A DNA stretch of 64,000 nt from an uncultured Methanolobus sp. (GTDB lineage Archaea; Halobacteriota; Methanosarcinia; Methanosarcinales; Methanosarcinaceae). Below, piece after piece: positions 19,320-30,280 of the stretch. The translations under genes were made by a program, and so were the position numbers. Under the pieces are notes generated by a model, which was not told where the DNA came from, ran no database searches, and saw only the letters and a program-made list of their open reading frames with translations. The stretch spans positions 1,696,001 to 1,760,000 of the forward strand of contig OY776215.1 of the NCBI GenBank assembly GCA_963675495.1, in the 5' to 3' direction. How positions within the stretch are numbered: position 1 is the first letter of the stretch; every line of letters starts with the position of its first letter.

Positions 19320-20612
19320 TCATTCTTCCAATTGGAAAAATGTCTTGAATATCTCGATAGAATCCAGAAAGTCCTGTTTGCCCATTAGCTCCCTGGTTGA
19401 ATGCATTGCCAACATCGGCAATCCCGCATCTACCACATGAACAGGCATATATTTGCTGAGCAATGGACCCAGGGTCGTTCCTCCCGGTTGATCCGAATGA
19501 TTTACAAATTTCTGGAATTTCACACCGGCCTTGTCACACACCTGCTGAAAAGCTGCAATGGTCTCTACTTCCGATGCGTAGGAACGATTGCCACTCATCT
19601 TGATGGTTATCCCTTTGTTCATTACAGGCTTGTTAGTAATATCATTCTTTTCACCGTAATTGGGATGCAATCCATGTGCGCCATCGGCTGAGATCACGAA
19701 GGTGTCCATCAATTGACGGGTGAATTGTTGTTCCGTTTTCATCGTTGACATATGGATCCGCTCCAAAATAGTTCTAAGCATCACAGAGTCAGCGCCTTGT
19801 TTGGTCATGGAGCCGATCTCTTCATTGTCCATGAATGCCACCATATTGATTCCGCCTTTATTTTTTGATCCTACAAGAGCTTCCATAGCAGCATACACCA
19901 TGGACAGATCATCGATTCTCGGACAAGAGATGAATTCCTCCCTGGCTCCCACCAACATACCTTCTTCACTACAATAGATACTCAAGTCCATATCCAAAAT
20001 ATTCTCACGATTAACACCAGCTTCCTTAGCAACCAGATCCAACAGATAATTATCCTTTATCTCATCTTCGATCAACTGGGTTAAGAGAGGTTGCATTTCT
20101 TTTTGCACTTTGATCTCCACACCGTTATTGACCTCGCGGTTCATATGGATAGCCAGATTGGGGATAATGAGTATCGGTTTTCGAAAATCCAAATGAATAA
20201 CTTCAGGCTTCAACACTTCATCGGACCTCACCGCTATCCTTCCGGCAATGGACAAGGGCCGGTCGAACCATGTATTCAGAATAGGTCCTCCGTAACGCTC
20301 CACATTCAGTGTCAGCATTCCTTCACTGTTAACCTCAGGACTGGGTTTTATCCTGAATCCAGGATTATCCGTATGCGCAGCGATTATTTTCACACCTGTT
20401 GTCAGATATTGACCGCTTCCGATAGCAAAGCCCACCAACATGGAAGGATAGGGTGTCAGATAGTATTTCCCTGACGCATTCAACGTCCATGGCTCATTCA
20501 TATTCAATTCCAAAAAACCTTCAGCATCCAGACGCTCCCTTATGGTATCCACTGTCTGAACTGCTGTAGTCGCTTTTTCCATAAATCCAAAAAAATCACT
20601 GATATAATCCAT
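19320..20612 (-). CDS. M18 family (aspartyl) aminopeptidase
   Basis: Motifs AHTDNP, ERYGG, WFDRPLS, RIDDL, DNEEIGS, SADGAH, LAMHS. Start set at MDYISDFF (uncertain). Confidence 0.9.
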   Translation of the reverse strand: MDYISDFFGFMEKATTAVQTVDTIRERLDAEGFLELNMNEPWTLNASGKYYLTPYPSMLVGFAIGSGQYLTTGVKIIAAHTDNPGFRIKPSPEVNSEGMLTLNVERYGGPILNTWFDRPLSIAGRIAVRSDEVLKPEVIHLDFRKPILIIPNLAIHMNREVNNGVEIKVQKEMQPLLTQLIEDEIKDNYLLDLVAKEAGVNRENILDMDLSIYCSEEGMLVGAREEFISCPRIDDLSMVYAAMEALVGSKNKGGINMVAFMDNEEIGSMTKQGADSVMLRTILERIHMSTMKTEQQFTRQLMDTFVISADGAHGLHPNYGEKNDITNKPVMNKGITIKMSGNRSYASEVETIAAFQQVCDKAGVKFQKFVNHSDQPGGTTLGPLLSKYMPVHVVDAGLPMLAMHSTRELMGKQDFLDSIEIFKTFFQLEE

Positions 20613-20875
20613 ATTTATCATCTTTCTTATGATGCCCATGCAAATTCTTTTTTGCAACGGGCTTTGAACCTAGTTTTCTACATAGCTTTTCATTAGGTGA
20701 GAGATCACATAATGATAATATCTTTCATCTTTTGTTTTAGCACGATAGTAGATAATAGATTCTCAGGATACTTAATATTGTAACGTTATAATAAAAAGAA
20801 AAAGAATCTCCGGGCAAAAAGTGACCACCCACATGAATGATTTGACCTGGAGGCGAAAAATCAATATTAATATTA

Positions 20876-21107
20876 TTAATATTTGTGGCTTTTTGCATCC
20901 CCACCATTCCCTAGAAATTCTCTGTTGGGGGTCTTGCTCACAATACCACAGCCAGATGCCAGCAGACCAATTTCTGCATCCAGCACCTTCTGTAACTGTT
21001 CCTTGATCTTCTCAGATGCCTAGTTCCAGAGCATGTTCACAGGATGAAGATTATAACCTTCGAGTTTGGCAACTGTGGTCATTTTTTCTGCATCATCGTT
21101 GGCTTCA
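20876..21107 (-). pseudogene. mtbA: Decayed mtbA remnant with a large internal deletion
   Basis: Aligns by eye with the mtbA 3' end (31511-31690) with stops and an indel, then jumps to the N-terminal [13 protein letters not shown] region (about 32355-32400). Confidence 0.85.
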
Positions 21108-21271
21108 ATGAAAACGATTACAACGTTATTGTATTAATTCAACGCTATTGTAATCTTAATAAACGTATATTTTAAAGCATAATGTGTCTAACCTATTGTT
21201 AACACAATAAAAAATTACAAAGAAATGTACTACTAAATAAATTACAGACTTTACAAAGCAAATTAAAAAAT

Positions 21272-23299
21272 ATGTCACTGAAATTTAAACTTATTCTGTA
21301 TATAGTCACAGGTACCTTACTTGTACTTGCAGCAAGTACTGCAATGACCATTTCCACCGTAACCACTCAGGAAGAGGAACTTGCCTATCAGCAATCCATT
21401 GAAATGGCCAAGAACTACGCCAGTGAATTCAATGGTGATATGGAAACGAATCATGCCATTGCAGAAACCATGGCCTTAATTATTGGTAGCTATGATTCTA
21501 TGAGCAGGGAAGAAGCAAATAATATGCTTTACAACATGCTGGAAGAACATCCTCACTTAATTGGTACATATGTTGCTTACGAACCAAATGCGTTTGATGG
21601 TAACGATGATTTATATGTGAATTCTCAGGGACATGATTCCACTGGAAGATTTATTCCTTACTGGAATAAGATTACAGGACCTATCACACTTGATCCCCTT
21701 CTAAATTATGAAACACTTGATTACTACCAGTTGCCCAAAAAAACAAAAAATGAAGTATTGACAGAACCCTATTATTACGAAGGTATGTTCATTGTGAGTC
21801 ATGTTTACCCAATAATGAAAAACGATGAATTCATCGGAATCGGGGGGGTAGATGTTTCCCTGAATTACCTGGATGAAGAAATCAGTGAAGTAAAAGCATT
21901 TGATACTGGCTATGCCTTCATGACCGGCAATACTGGCATCCTGGTGTCACACCCTACCAACAAGGATTGGATCGGAAAAAAAACACTTTATGATTTTAAC
22001 AATGAAGACTTTTCAAAAGTTGCAGATGAAATAGGAAAGGGAAAAAATGGCCACATTGAAACTATCGACCCCATTACCGGGAAAAATGTAGTAATGTTTT
22101 ACGAACCAATACGAACAGGTAATTTTTCATTTATTCTGGTCATTCCAAAAGAGGAAATGTTTGCAGGTGTGAAAACCCTTAGTAACAAGCTTTTGCAAAT
22201 ATCCTTTGCAGCCGTAATTTTCATGGCTGCTACCTCTTATTTGATAGCAATGTCCTTTACAAGGCCCATCAAGGACATAGTTAATGATTTTAAGAATATA
22301 TCAAAAGATGCGGTCAGGGGAAATCTTGACTCCAGGGCTGAAACAGATGTTGAAAGTGATTTCAAAGAGATTCCTATGGGTCTCAATGAAATCCTGGATG
22401 CAGTGATAACACCTATTCGTGATACTGTAAGGCTTACAAATGCACTTGCTAAGGGAGAACTTGGTGAAAGATCTCACTTAAATGTCCATGGAGAATTCAG
22501 GCAACTTGCAAATACACTGGATAACTTTGCCTTATTACTTGAAACAATAATAAAAGACTCGAATCAGGTGCTTACTACAATACAACAAAATGATTTTTCA
22601 AGAACTGTAAGGGTATATGGAGAAGGGGATTTCCTTATTCTGACAGAGGGAATCGAAAAAACAAGGGCAACTCTGTCAGAGATGATAGATGAACGCGAAA
22701 AGATAGAAGAAATAAGGAAAAAAGAGATCCATCATCGTATAAAGAATAACCTTCAGGTCATTTCAAGTTTGCTTGACCTTGAATCCGATAAATTCATGGA
22801 TGAAGAGGTTATCGAGGCTTTTAAGGAAAGCCAGAACCGTGTTATATCAATGGCTTTGGTGCATGAGGAACTTTACAGGTCGCAAGACATGGAAAGCATA
22901 GATTTTTCCGATTATCTTATGAAGCTTGTTAATGAGCTGTCATATTCATACGCGGTCAATAAAGAATACATTAAAGTTAAAATGAATGTTGACCCTACTT
23001 TCCTTGATATGGATACTGCTATTCCCCTTGGTATGATAGTAAATGAACTCGTTTCGAATTCATTCAAGCATGCTTTTAAGCAGGAAAAAGAAGGGGAAAT
23101 ATACGTTAATCTGAGCCTTGAAGACAGGAAGTTGACCTTGATAGTAGGAGACAATGGTACAGGCTTTCCGGAAAAAATCAATTTCGAAGAGACAGATTCT
23201 CTGGGATTGCAACTGGTCACCACCCTGACATCCCAGATAGATGGTATAATTGAACTTGATAGAAGCAAAGGCACCGAATTCAGGATAACTTTAAAATGA
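21272..23299 (+). CDS. Membrane sensor histidine kinase (TM-dCache-TM-HAMP-HisKA_2/HATPase)
   Basis: Two TM helices; Cache motifs YEPNAFDG, FIPYW, EPYYY, GVDV; H-box EIHHRIKNNLQ; NELVSNSFKHAF; DNGTG. Confidence 0.92.
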   Translation: MSLKFKLILYIVTGTLLVLAASTAMTISTVTTQEEELAYQQSIEMAKNYASEFNGDMETNHAIAETMALIIGSYDSMSREEANNMLYNMLEEHPHLIGTYVAYEPNAFDGNDDLYVNSQGHDSTGRFIPYWNKITGPITLDPLLNYETLDYYQLPKKTKNEVLTEPYYYEGMFIVSHVYPIMKNDEFIGIGGVDVSLNYLDEEISEVKAFDTGYAFMTGNTGILVSHPTNKDWIGKKTLYDFNNEDFSKVADEIGKGKNGHIETIDPITGKNVVMFYEPIRTGNFSFILVIPKEEMFAGVKTLSNKLLQISFAAVIFMAATSYLIAMSFTRPIKDIVNDFKNISKDAVRGNLDSRAETDVESDFKEIPMGLNEILDAVITPIRDTVRLTNALAKGELGERSHLNVHGEFRQLANTLDNFALLLETIIKDSNQVLTTIQQNDFSRTVRVYGEGDFLILTEGIEKTRATLSEMIDEREKIEEIRKKEIHHRIKNNLQVISSLLDLESDKFMDEEVIEAFKESQNRVISMALVHEELYRSQDMESIDFSDYLMKLVNELSYSYAVNKEYIKVKMNVDPTFLDMDTAIPLGMIVNELVSNSFKHAFKQEKEGEIYVNLSLEDRKLTLIVGDNGTGFPEKINFEETDSLGLQLVTTLTSQIDGIIELDRSKGTEFRITLK

Positions 23300-23318
23300 T
23301 AAAAATACAGGTGAAATT

Positions 23319-23735
23319 ATGGATGATATAAAAATTCTTGTGGTAGAAGACGAAGGAATCATTGGTCTTAATATAAAGAAGAAGCTTAAAAGTTTTGGAT
23401 ATACTGTACCGGCTATAGTTGCAACAGGGGAAGAAGCTATAAAGATGGCAGAGATAACATTTCCTGACCTCATATTAATGGATGTAAGACTTAAGGGGGA
23501 CATGGATGGGGTAGAAACTGCTGAGAAGATCCGTAAGCATTTCGATATTCCAGTGATATATCTTACTGCATATTCGGATGATGATGTTCTTGAAAAAGCA
23601 AAAAAAACTGAGCCTTACGGATACATTGTGAAACCATTTAAAGCAGATGACTTGCGTAGCAATATCGAAATAGCACTTTACAGGCATAAAACGGAAAAGA
23701 GTGCACAAGAAAAAGTGTGTAGTAACATCATATGA
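23319..23735 (+). CDS. Stand-alone response regulator receiver protein
   Basis: ILVVEDE, LMDVRL, YLTAY, KPF. Confidence 0.93.
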   Translation: MDDIKILVVEDEGIIGLNIKKKLKSFGYTVPAIVATGEEAIKMAEITFPDLILMDVRLKGDMDGVETAEKIRKHFDIPVIYLTAYSDDDVLEKAKKTEPYGYIVKPFKADDLRSNIEIALYRHKTEKSAQEKVCSNII

Positions 23736-23802
23736 AATCTTTGAATAACGATATTCATAAGATTCAGACACTATTATCATAAAATCAGAACAGTTGGTAT
23801 GA

Positions 23803-24582
23803 ATGAATGGTTCACTAATAGACATAATTCTCAATTCGGAAAAACGGAAAAATGTTCTGCTTCTTTTGATGGAAGGAGAAAAAAGCCGCGAAGACATAAA
23901 AACAAGTCTTAATGTTACTTCTACAGCTCTTATTCCCCAGATAAAGAAACTCAAGGAACATGGTCTTGTCATTCAGAATGGGGATTATTACATCTTAACC
24001 AATATGGGGAAAGTACTTGTGGCAAACATGCTGCCTCTTTTAAGTGCAGTAGATGTTTTTGAAGAGAACAGTAACTATTGGTTGAATCGTGATCTTAACG
24101 GCATTCCTGAATCTATGCTTAAACGATTCGGTGAACTCGGAAACTGTGTTATAATTGAACCTGACCTTAACTATCTTTTTGAATTTCCTAAAGAATTTAC
24201 CGAAAACATAAGTAAATCCAGTTATGTTATGGCTTTTAATGCTTATTTCCATCCTGAGTATCCAGCCCTTTACTCAAGTCTTGCTGAAAAGGGAATCGAT
24301 TTTTCCCTTGTCACGACAAATTCTGTCCATGAAAGAATGGAAAAAGATTATTCAGAAGACGTCAGGAAATTCATGAGCTTTGAAAATACTGAGATGCTTG
24401 TGTCAAATGAGAACACCGGTCTGGCAACGTTAGTTAGTACTGATAGATTCCTGTTTCTCTGTTTCTTTAATAAACAAGGACAATATGACCATACCATTCT
24501 AATGAGCTTTGACAGCAATGCACTACAATGGAGTAAAGAACTATTCTCTTATTTTAAAGATAAAGCGGAAAATATCTCTTAA
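23803..24582 (+). CDS. Winged-helix DUF1724 / Msr-like transcription regulator
   Basis: N-terminal SEKRKNVLLLL HTH; C-terminal ALQWSKELFSYF typical of this methanogen family. Confidence 0.85.
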   Translation: MNGSLIDIILNSEKRKNVLLLLMEGEKSREDIKTSLNVTSTALIPQIKKLKEHGLVIQNGDYYILTNMGKVLVANMLPLLSAVDVFEENSNYWLNRDLNGIPESMLKRFGELGNCVIIEPDLNYLFEFPKEFTENISKSSYVMAFNAYFHPEYPALYSSLAEKGIDFSLVTTNSVHERMEKDYSEDVRKFMSFENTEMLVSNENTGLATLVSTDRFLFLCFFNKQGQYDHTILMSFDSNALQWSKELFSYFKDKAENIS

Positions 24583-24639
24583 ACATGAACCTTTTCAAAA
24601 ATAAGATTATACTTTTCTCCAGCATAATGTATAATATCT

Positions 24640-24802
24640 TAATGATCTGGCATATCTTTCTATCTACAACCGGTTATCAGAACAAAGATTATACCATTGA
24701 TAGCCTTACACAGCTATATGCTTTCTTTCTCTCGGTTATTGGCTGTTGTAAAAAACGTTCAAGATACTTCCATTGCTCACCAGAGAGTTCTTTGAACTCC
24801 AG
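24640..24802 (-). mobile_element. IS5-family transposase N-terminal remnant
   Basis: Minus strand reads EFKELSGEQWKYLERFLQQPITERKKA, then after a frameshift AINGIIFVLITGCR*KDMP, matching the IS5/DUF4096 pattern (L.D.QW...INGI..VL.TGC.W.D.P). Confidence 0.75.
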
Positions 24803-24954
24803 GCAAACCCTTCATACAAACATTGCATGAAGTAATATTTAGGCTCTGTAGAAAAGTTAATTAAATCGACATCAATCAAGCAAAACTGCCAAGTATTTTC
24901 AATGTCGTGTAATACATTTTAAATTATTGATTATTTTATTTTTGTCTGAATACC

Positions 24955-25263
24955 GAGGATTTTTACAGAGCCAAAGAAACAAAGGCTTCTAAGATTATCA
25001 ATAAAATGGGAAGTGGAGAGCGTTTCCTTGCCCATAAGACAACAATGAAGAACATTGTCTTCCCATCCCACCCAACTCTGTTCGACAGGCAAATGTATGG
25101 AACTTGGGAAGCAGCAGAATCAAAGGACGTCGCAACAGTAGCTAATGAGAAAGCTGCCGACATTCTCAAGATTTACAAAGTTGCACCAATCAATGCTGAT
25201 ATTCTGAAGGATATGGAAACTATTGTCAAGAAAGCAGATGATACGGTGAAGGCTTCACTTTAA
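24955..25263 (+). pseudogene. mttB: mttB C-terminal remnant, inverted relative to intact mttB
   Basis: FLAHKTTMKNIVFPSHPTLFDRQMYGTWEAAESKDVATVA...KDMETIVKKAD aligns to the MttB C-terminus at 7576-7860. Confidence 0.88.
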
Positions 25264-25344
25264 GAAAATTAAGTTATCAGGAGAGAAGTCCTTGCAGGAC
25301 CTCCTCCAATAACAACAAATCATATTTTTCCATTTAATTCGCCT

Positions 25345-26526
25345 TTAATTAATGCTATAATGTCCTAGTTTTTTTCTCATTTCAAATCTTGCAACAAATA
25401 CTGCAGAAATTAGTCCAGCAATCAATACAACATATCCAGCATTATAAAAAATATTTGAAACTCCATAATGACTCATTATATATCCATTAAATACTGTTCC
25501 TGATGCACCACCCACAAACATGTTAAAAGAAGCCAATGACATAGCAGTGCCTCGCGACATGTGTAATTTTTCTTGAGCTGTGGCTACAAGTGTTGATTGC
25601 ATGAAAATGAAAGCCATTCCAAAACCAATTAATCCGATACCTAAAATCCAAATGTTAGTGTATGCTGATATTGCAAATAAAGACATGAATCCAATGATGC
25701 CTGCACTGGCAAGATAACCATGATTTAGCACTGATTTAGCCTTTGGCGCAATTCTACCACCAGCCACAGTTCCAACACCAAATAATGATAATATAAGCCC
25801 CACTTGCAATACATTATATCCTGTTACTGATTGGATCAGCTTTCCTGAATATGTAAAACTTCCAAACACTGAAAATCCGACTAAAAACATTACCAGTACC
25901 AGCCTCATAAACCTATAGTTCGTTAAAGGTACTTTATATGCACTGATGAGATTGAATTTATCTACGGTGCCTTTATCCTTATCGAGAACTCTTAACATAA
26001 TAAATGCCATTATTAATTCTGCGACTCCATATATGATATATACTAATCTCCATGAGCCAAAGTATGCTATTGCTCCACCTAGCGCTGTTGCAGTAGCACC
26101 ACCAAGGAACATAAGACCCATTACTTTTCCAAGAGCTTTATGCCGATCTTTATTGTCAAATAACTGTCCGACCAGTGCCATCATTACAGGAAAAATACCT
26201 GCTCCAAAAGCTCCGTTAACTGCCCTGAAAAAAATTAAAGATGGAAGATTAAAGGCAAATCCTCCAAGTATGCTAAATATCGCAGTTCCGATTGCAGATA
26301 TATTGATTATCTTTGCTTTTCCATACCTATCTGAGAGAGGACCAAACAATAGTGTGAATGCTCCAAATGAAAGCATATAAGCTGTAACAGATAAAGCAGC
26401 AGTACTTATTGTTATGTTTAAATCTTTTGATATGTTAATCAATAATGGTGCAGCTGCATAATTATCTCCATTTGCAAGAAATGCCATCATCCCCAAAATT
26501 AAAACAATCTTATTTTTGTCATCCAT
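25345..26526 (-). CDS. MFS transporter
   Basis: About 12 TM segments; motif A GPLSDRYGKAK. Visibly AT-richer than the methyltransferase genes. Confidence 0.88.
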   Translation of the reverse strand: MDDKNKIVLILGMMAFLANGDNYAAAPLLINISKDLNITISTAALSVTAYMLSFGAFTLLFGPLSDRYGKAKIINISAIGTAIFSILGGFAFNLPSLIFFRAVNGAFGAGIFPVMMALVGQLFDNKDRHKALGKVMGLMFLGGATATALGGAIAYFGSWRLVYIIYGVAELIMAFIMLRVLDKDKGTVDKFNLISAYKVPLTNYRFMRLVLVMFLVGFSVFGSFTYSGKLIQSVTGYNVLQVGLILSLFGVGTVAGGRIAPKAKSVLNHGYLASAGIIGFMSLFAISAYTNIWILGIGLIGFGMAFIFMQSTLVATAQEKLHMSRGTAMSLASFNMFVGGASGTVFNGYIMSHYGVSNIFYNAGYVVLIAGLISAVFVARFEMRKKLGHYSIN

Positions 26527-26666
26527 TATTTTTACCTGTTTTTTAATTATTCTAAATTCTCTTTGATTAATAGCCATTTCAAGTATTTTTGAAATGTCTT
26601 TTTCACTATAATTGAAACATCTTATTTAAGCATATGTGTTTCAAATTAAATTGAAATGTAGATTCG

Positions 26667-26995
26667 ACCTTTGGAAATATCGTTCAGAGAATAGAGCTAC
26701 TTCTGAAGAAGGCATTGAACATCCGTTTATTGATATGGGAATCACAAAAGACGATACAAGAAAGATTGCAAAAGATATAGTCCAAATATTTGGAACCTTA
26801 CATTTTCTGCTTGCCTGGTATCCAGGATTCCTTATTATGAAACATTAGAACCTGCAATGCTGGAGATTATAGGCAAAGGATTATCCTACCTTCATGGACT
26901 TGATTTTGAAAAATGCAGGTTGCGTTTACATAATAATGGAGAACTCAGCAGATCGAAGTTCCGAAAGACAGATTTGAAGCACTTATCTGCAAGAA
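26667..26995 (+). pseudogene. Frameshifted LarE-like (PP-loop sulfur transferase) C-terminal remnant
   Basis: Fragments YRSENRATSEEGIEHPFIDMGITKDDTR, SACLVSRIPY and CRLRLH...IEVP in different frames match LarE-family motifs. Confidence 0.7.
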
Positions 26996-27269
26996 AAGTA
27001 GTATTGAACACAATCATCCCTTTTGTATTTCGTTAGCAGATAATGCTAAGGGGATTTGTTCTTTTTAAATTATTATGTCAAAATAAAATGGGAAGTAGGT
27101 TTTCTACAGAGTCGAAACGAGCTCTATAATAACTAAAAAAGTATTTGGCAATCTACTGATTTTTCCCTAATAAATTGCCAGATTCGCTATTTTGCATAAT
27201 TGGAGGTTATGCGAAAATAAAAAAATATTGCAGTGAACTTTTCAGTGCCACTGCCCCGATTTTCTGGTA

Positions 27270-28754
27270 TTATACACTTTGCGGTTCCACCTGCTTCGCA
27301 ACATGATTTTCATGTTGTGAATAATACCACATAGGTACATACAGAGCCAGTACAAGAATTCCGACACCAGTTGAGAACCAGCTTCCTTCGACACTGTTAA
27401 GGTAAATGATACCGATCAGACAAAGAGGAAGGTTGAAGAAACCAAACATGAGTGCAACATTCTTCCAGCCCTCTGGTGCCTTGAAAGGTCTTTCAAGATC
27501 TGCAAGATGTGGATCTGCCTTTGCCTTTACGTATGCAAAGAGACTGATACCATTTGCACATACATATCCAATAGCTGATGCTGCAAGGATGGCTGTTGGT
27601 GTACCCATTGAAATGAGTGCCAGGTTGAAGATACCGATTACGACCATTGCCAGTATTGGTGTTCCGTGGGCATTTACCCTGCCGAATACTTTTGGAAGGT
27701 TTCCTTCAACTGCCATTGAGTGCATTGCCCTTGCAGAACCAAGGTATGCGGTCTGAATGATAAGGACCATTGCTGCAATAAGCATTACAATAGCTACCGT
27801 TGAACCCATGTCACCGAGAGATGCCTGTGCAACAGGAAGCATAGGATCGATTGGTGCGTTGGCAATACCATCAATACCGAGTACACCCGTAACTGTCATC
27901 TGTACGATTACGAATGCAAGAAGACAGATTGCACCACAAGTGAAGAGTGCTTTTGGTACATCCTTACCTGGTTCCTTGTATTCAGGACCATAGATAGCTG
28001 CTGTTTCCCATGCACATGCACTCCACTGAGCCATTGCAAAGATACCAAGCAATATAAGAATGTGATGAAGATCCCATGCCCAATCAGTTGGCAACCAGGT
28101 GCTTGTGATATTTGCAAGTACGAAATCGCCTGTTACGTAAGGTGCTAGTGCAATTATAATGAGTGGAATAAATGCTAGTGCTGCTAGAATATAACCTACC
28201 ACTGCGCCACTTGAGACGCCACGATAGTTAACAAGTATAAGAGCTCCGAATATAACAACACCTGCACCCAATGCAAGCTGATATTCACTGAAACTAGCTG
28301 CCAATGCAGGGAATAGGCTGTGTAGATAGAAACCTACAAGAATTGCGAAAATAGCAAGTACAGGATTCCAGGCGAACCAGTAACTCCATGCACTGAATCC
28401 ACCTATAAGTTTACTCTTGTCGTATTTGCCCTTGAAATTTGGTGTTTTAAAAACATTCTGTGCAAATCCAGGAAGACCTGATGCCTTCGGGAAAGTTGTT
28501 GCAAGTTCACCATAAGCCAGATTCTGCATGAATCCCTGGAATACGGAAAGACCCCAGACAATAATAGCAGCTGACCACAGATAACCAGCAAAGTATCCAA
28601 TTGATGGCAAGATCAACAGAGGTACACCTACAGCAATTGCAAGACCCTGTTTCCAATCGATAGACCGCTCAAGTTCACTATGTTCACCGGTCTCACAGAC
28701 CACTTTGGAACATTGCTCTGCATGCTGCCAGTCTATTCCTTCTTTTTTCTCCAT
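27270..28754 (-). CDS. mtbP: Dimethylamine permease MtbP (APC family)
   Basis: About 12 TM APC permease (LERSIDWKQGLAIA, YGELAT, AWETAAIYGPE) directly downstream of mtbB copy 2. Confidence 0.85.
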   Translation of the reverse strand: MEKKEGIDWQHAEQCSKVVCETGEHSELERSIDWKQGLAIAVGVPLLILPSIGYFAGYLWSAAIIVWGLSVFQGFMQNLAYGELATTFPKASGLPGFAQNVFKTPNFKGKYDKSKLIGGFSAWSYWFAWNPVLAIFAILVGFYLHSLFPALAASFSEYQLALGAGVVIFGALILVNYRGVSSGAVVGYILAALAFIPLIIIALAPYVTGDFVLANITSTWLPTDWAWDLHHILILLGIFAMAQWSACAWETAAIYGPEYKEPGKDVPKALFTCGAICLLAFVIVQMTVTGVLGIDGIANAPIDPMLPVAQASLGDMGSTVAIVMLIAAMVLIIQTAYLGSARAMHSMAVEGNLPKVFGRVNAHGTPILAMVVIGIFNLALISMGTPTAILAASAIGYVCANGISLFAYVKAKADPHLADLERPFKAPEGWKNVALMFGFFNLPLCLIGIIYLNSVEGSWFSTGVGILVLALYVPMWYYSQHENHVAKQVEPQSV

Positions 28755-28786
28755 TTGTTTATTCACCCCTTCATAAAATAATAACT

Positions 28787-28824
28787 GACACCTGCAATTA
28801 CCTTAGCTGGCAATTACAGGTGTC
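28787..28824. terminator. Hairpin between mtbB copy 2 and mtbP
   Basis: gacacctgcaatt...aattacaggtgtc inverted repeat. Confidence 0.5.
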
Positions 28825-28876
28825 TTTTACACTTCCAAGCTCAACCACTGGTCAAGCTATTCTGGAAGGGCAAAAT

Positions 28877-30280
28877 TCACTCGATCTGCTTTCTGAATTT
28901 GTCACAGCAGTTGATGTCAATTCCAAGAAGTTTCTCGATGTTCATCTTAGCTGCAATTCCTTTTGGAGCACCTGCAACTGAAGTGATTACACCGATACCA
29001 AGCTCTTCCCTTAGTTCCCTCATTACATACTCATCACTGAGGTCGTCTGTGGTAACGTCAAGCTTCTTGGCAACGAAGTCCTTTGCTTCTCCAATTCTCA
29101 TGCTCTTTGCAAGCTGCATCCTTGCAACAAGGTCACCAGCAGCTCTGATTCCGCTCATTCCGGAAGTCATTATGTGGGAGATCGGCATACCCATCGGGTC
29201 GCCGACCCCTATCTATATTCCATCCACGCCGGCGACTTCGACCATCGCCTTGCTTGCTCTTGAAACAGCGTCAATTGTTGGGGTCTCGAACATTGGGATA
29301 CTGCCTACACCCATTCCCATGTTCACATGGCAGGGGATAGAGGAAGCTTTAACGGCTGCCTTGGTGAAGGTAACAGCTCTTCCAAGGTTCCATGCAGATG
29401 ATTTACTGGTATTTGTGTTGCATACAGGTCCAAATACGTTTGCACCGGCCTTTGCTGCAAGTGGAGCCTGCTGGTGTGGCCACAGACCTGCAAGTACTGT
29501 ACCGTCATATTCCATCTCACCGTGAAGACCGAGCAAAAGCTCTCCAGCCATACCTGCTTCGATATAGATGTCAGGGAACTGCTTTCTCAGTGCCTCGATT
29601 GCATGAAGGGAGGCAAACATGTCACCGTCTCCTGCAGCACCGATAGTATCGAAGTTAACACCATCTGCACCGGATGCCATGAGTTTCTGCATGATCCATA
29701 CAGTGTCTCTTGTAAGGTGTTCAGCTGAATGTTCCATGGATTCCTGTGCTTCCTTGATCTTGAAAGCTTTCATAAGGTCGCCTGGGTTCTCGAAAGGACC
29801 ATCAGGTGTGTAGTACAATCCCATGTTTGGCATTGCACCGTAAAGAAGAGGAACTACCATGTTCTGCTGGCAGACTTCCATTGTCTGCATTTCCTGTGAG
29901 ATCACAGGTTTTACAGGTTTGTAACTGTAGTCGATGTGACCTAATTCCATTGTGTCAGCACCGAATGCTCTCTCGTGCATCATTGCACCAACGAGCCTGC
30001 TGGATGGGATACCTACTCCGCTGTTACCCTGGTCACCGTCAATTCTGATGGTTCCGATATCGTGGGTCACTGGGACTTCCATACCTTGTTCGACACCAAC
30101 CATCCTTGAAGGCATGGTTAAGATTTCTACAAGTTTGTCGATCTCATCTTCACTAAGGTTAGGGATCTCACCAAGGTCTGCAGCATCTGCCATACCTGCT
30201 TTAAGGTCAGCGACTATCTGCTCCTTTGTCATGAAAATACGCTTTCCGTCTCCCATTCTAAGTTTATATTCTGTTGCCAT
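28877..30280 (-). CDS. mtbB: Dimethylamine methyltransferase MtbB copy 2, pyrrolysine-containing
   Basis: In-frame TAG at 29213-29215; protein differs from copy 1 by a single I/V change. Confidence 0.97.

Noticed and set aside
25001-27096. 14-bp direct match ataaaatgggaagt at 25001 and 27083
   Set aside because: AT-rich, and one copy lies inside the mttB remnant; cannot be distinguished from chance.
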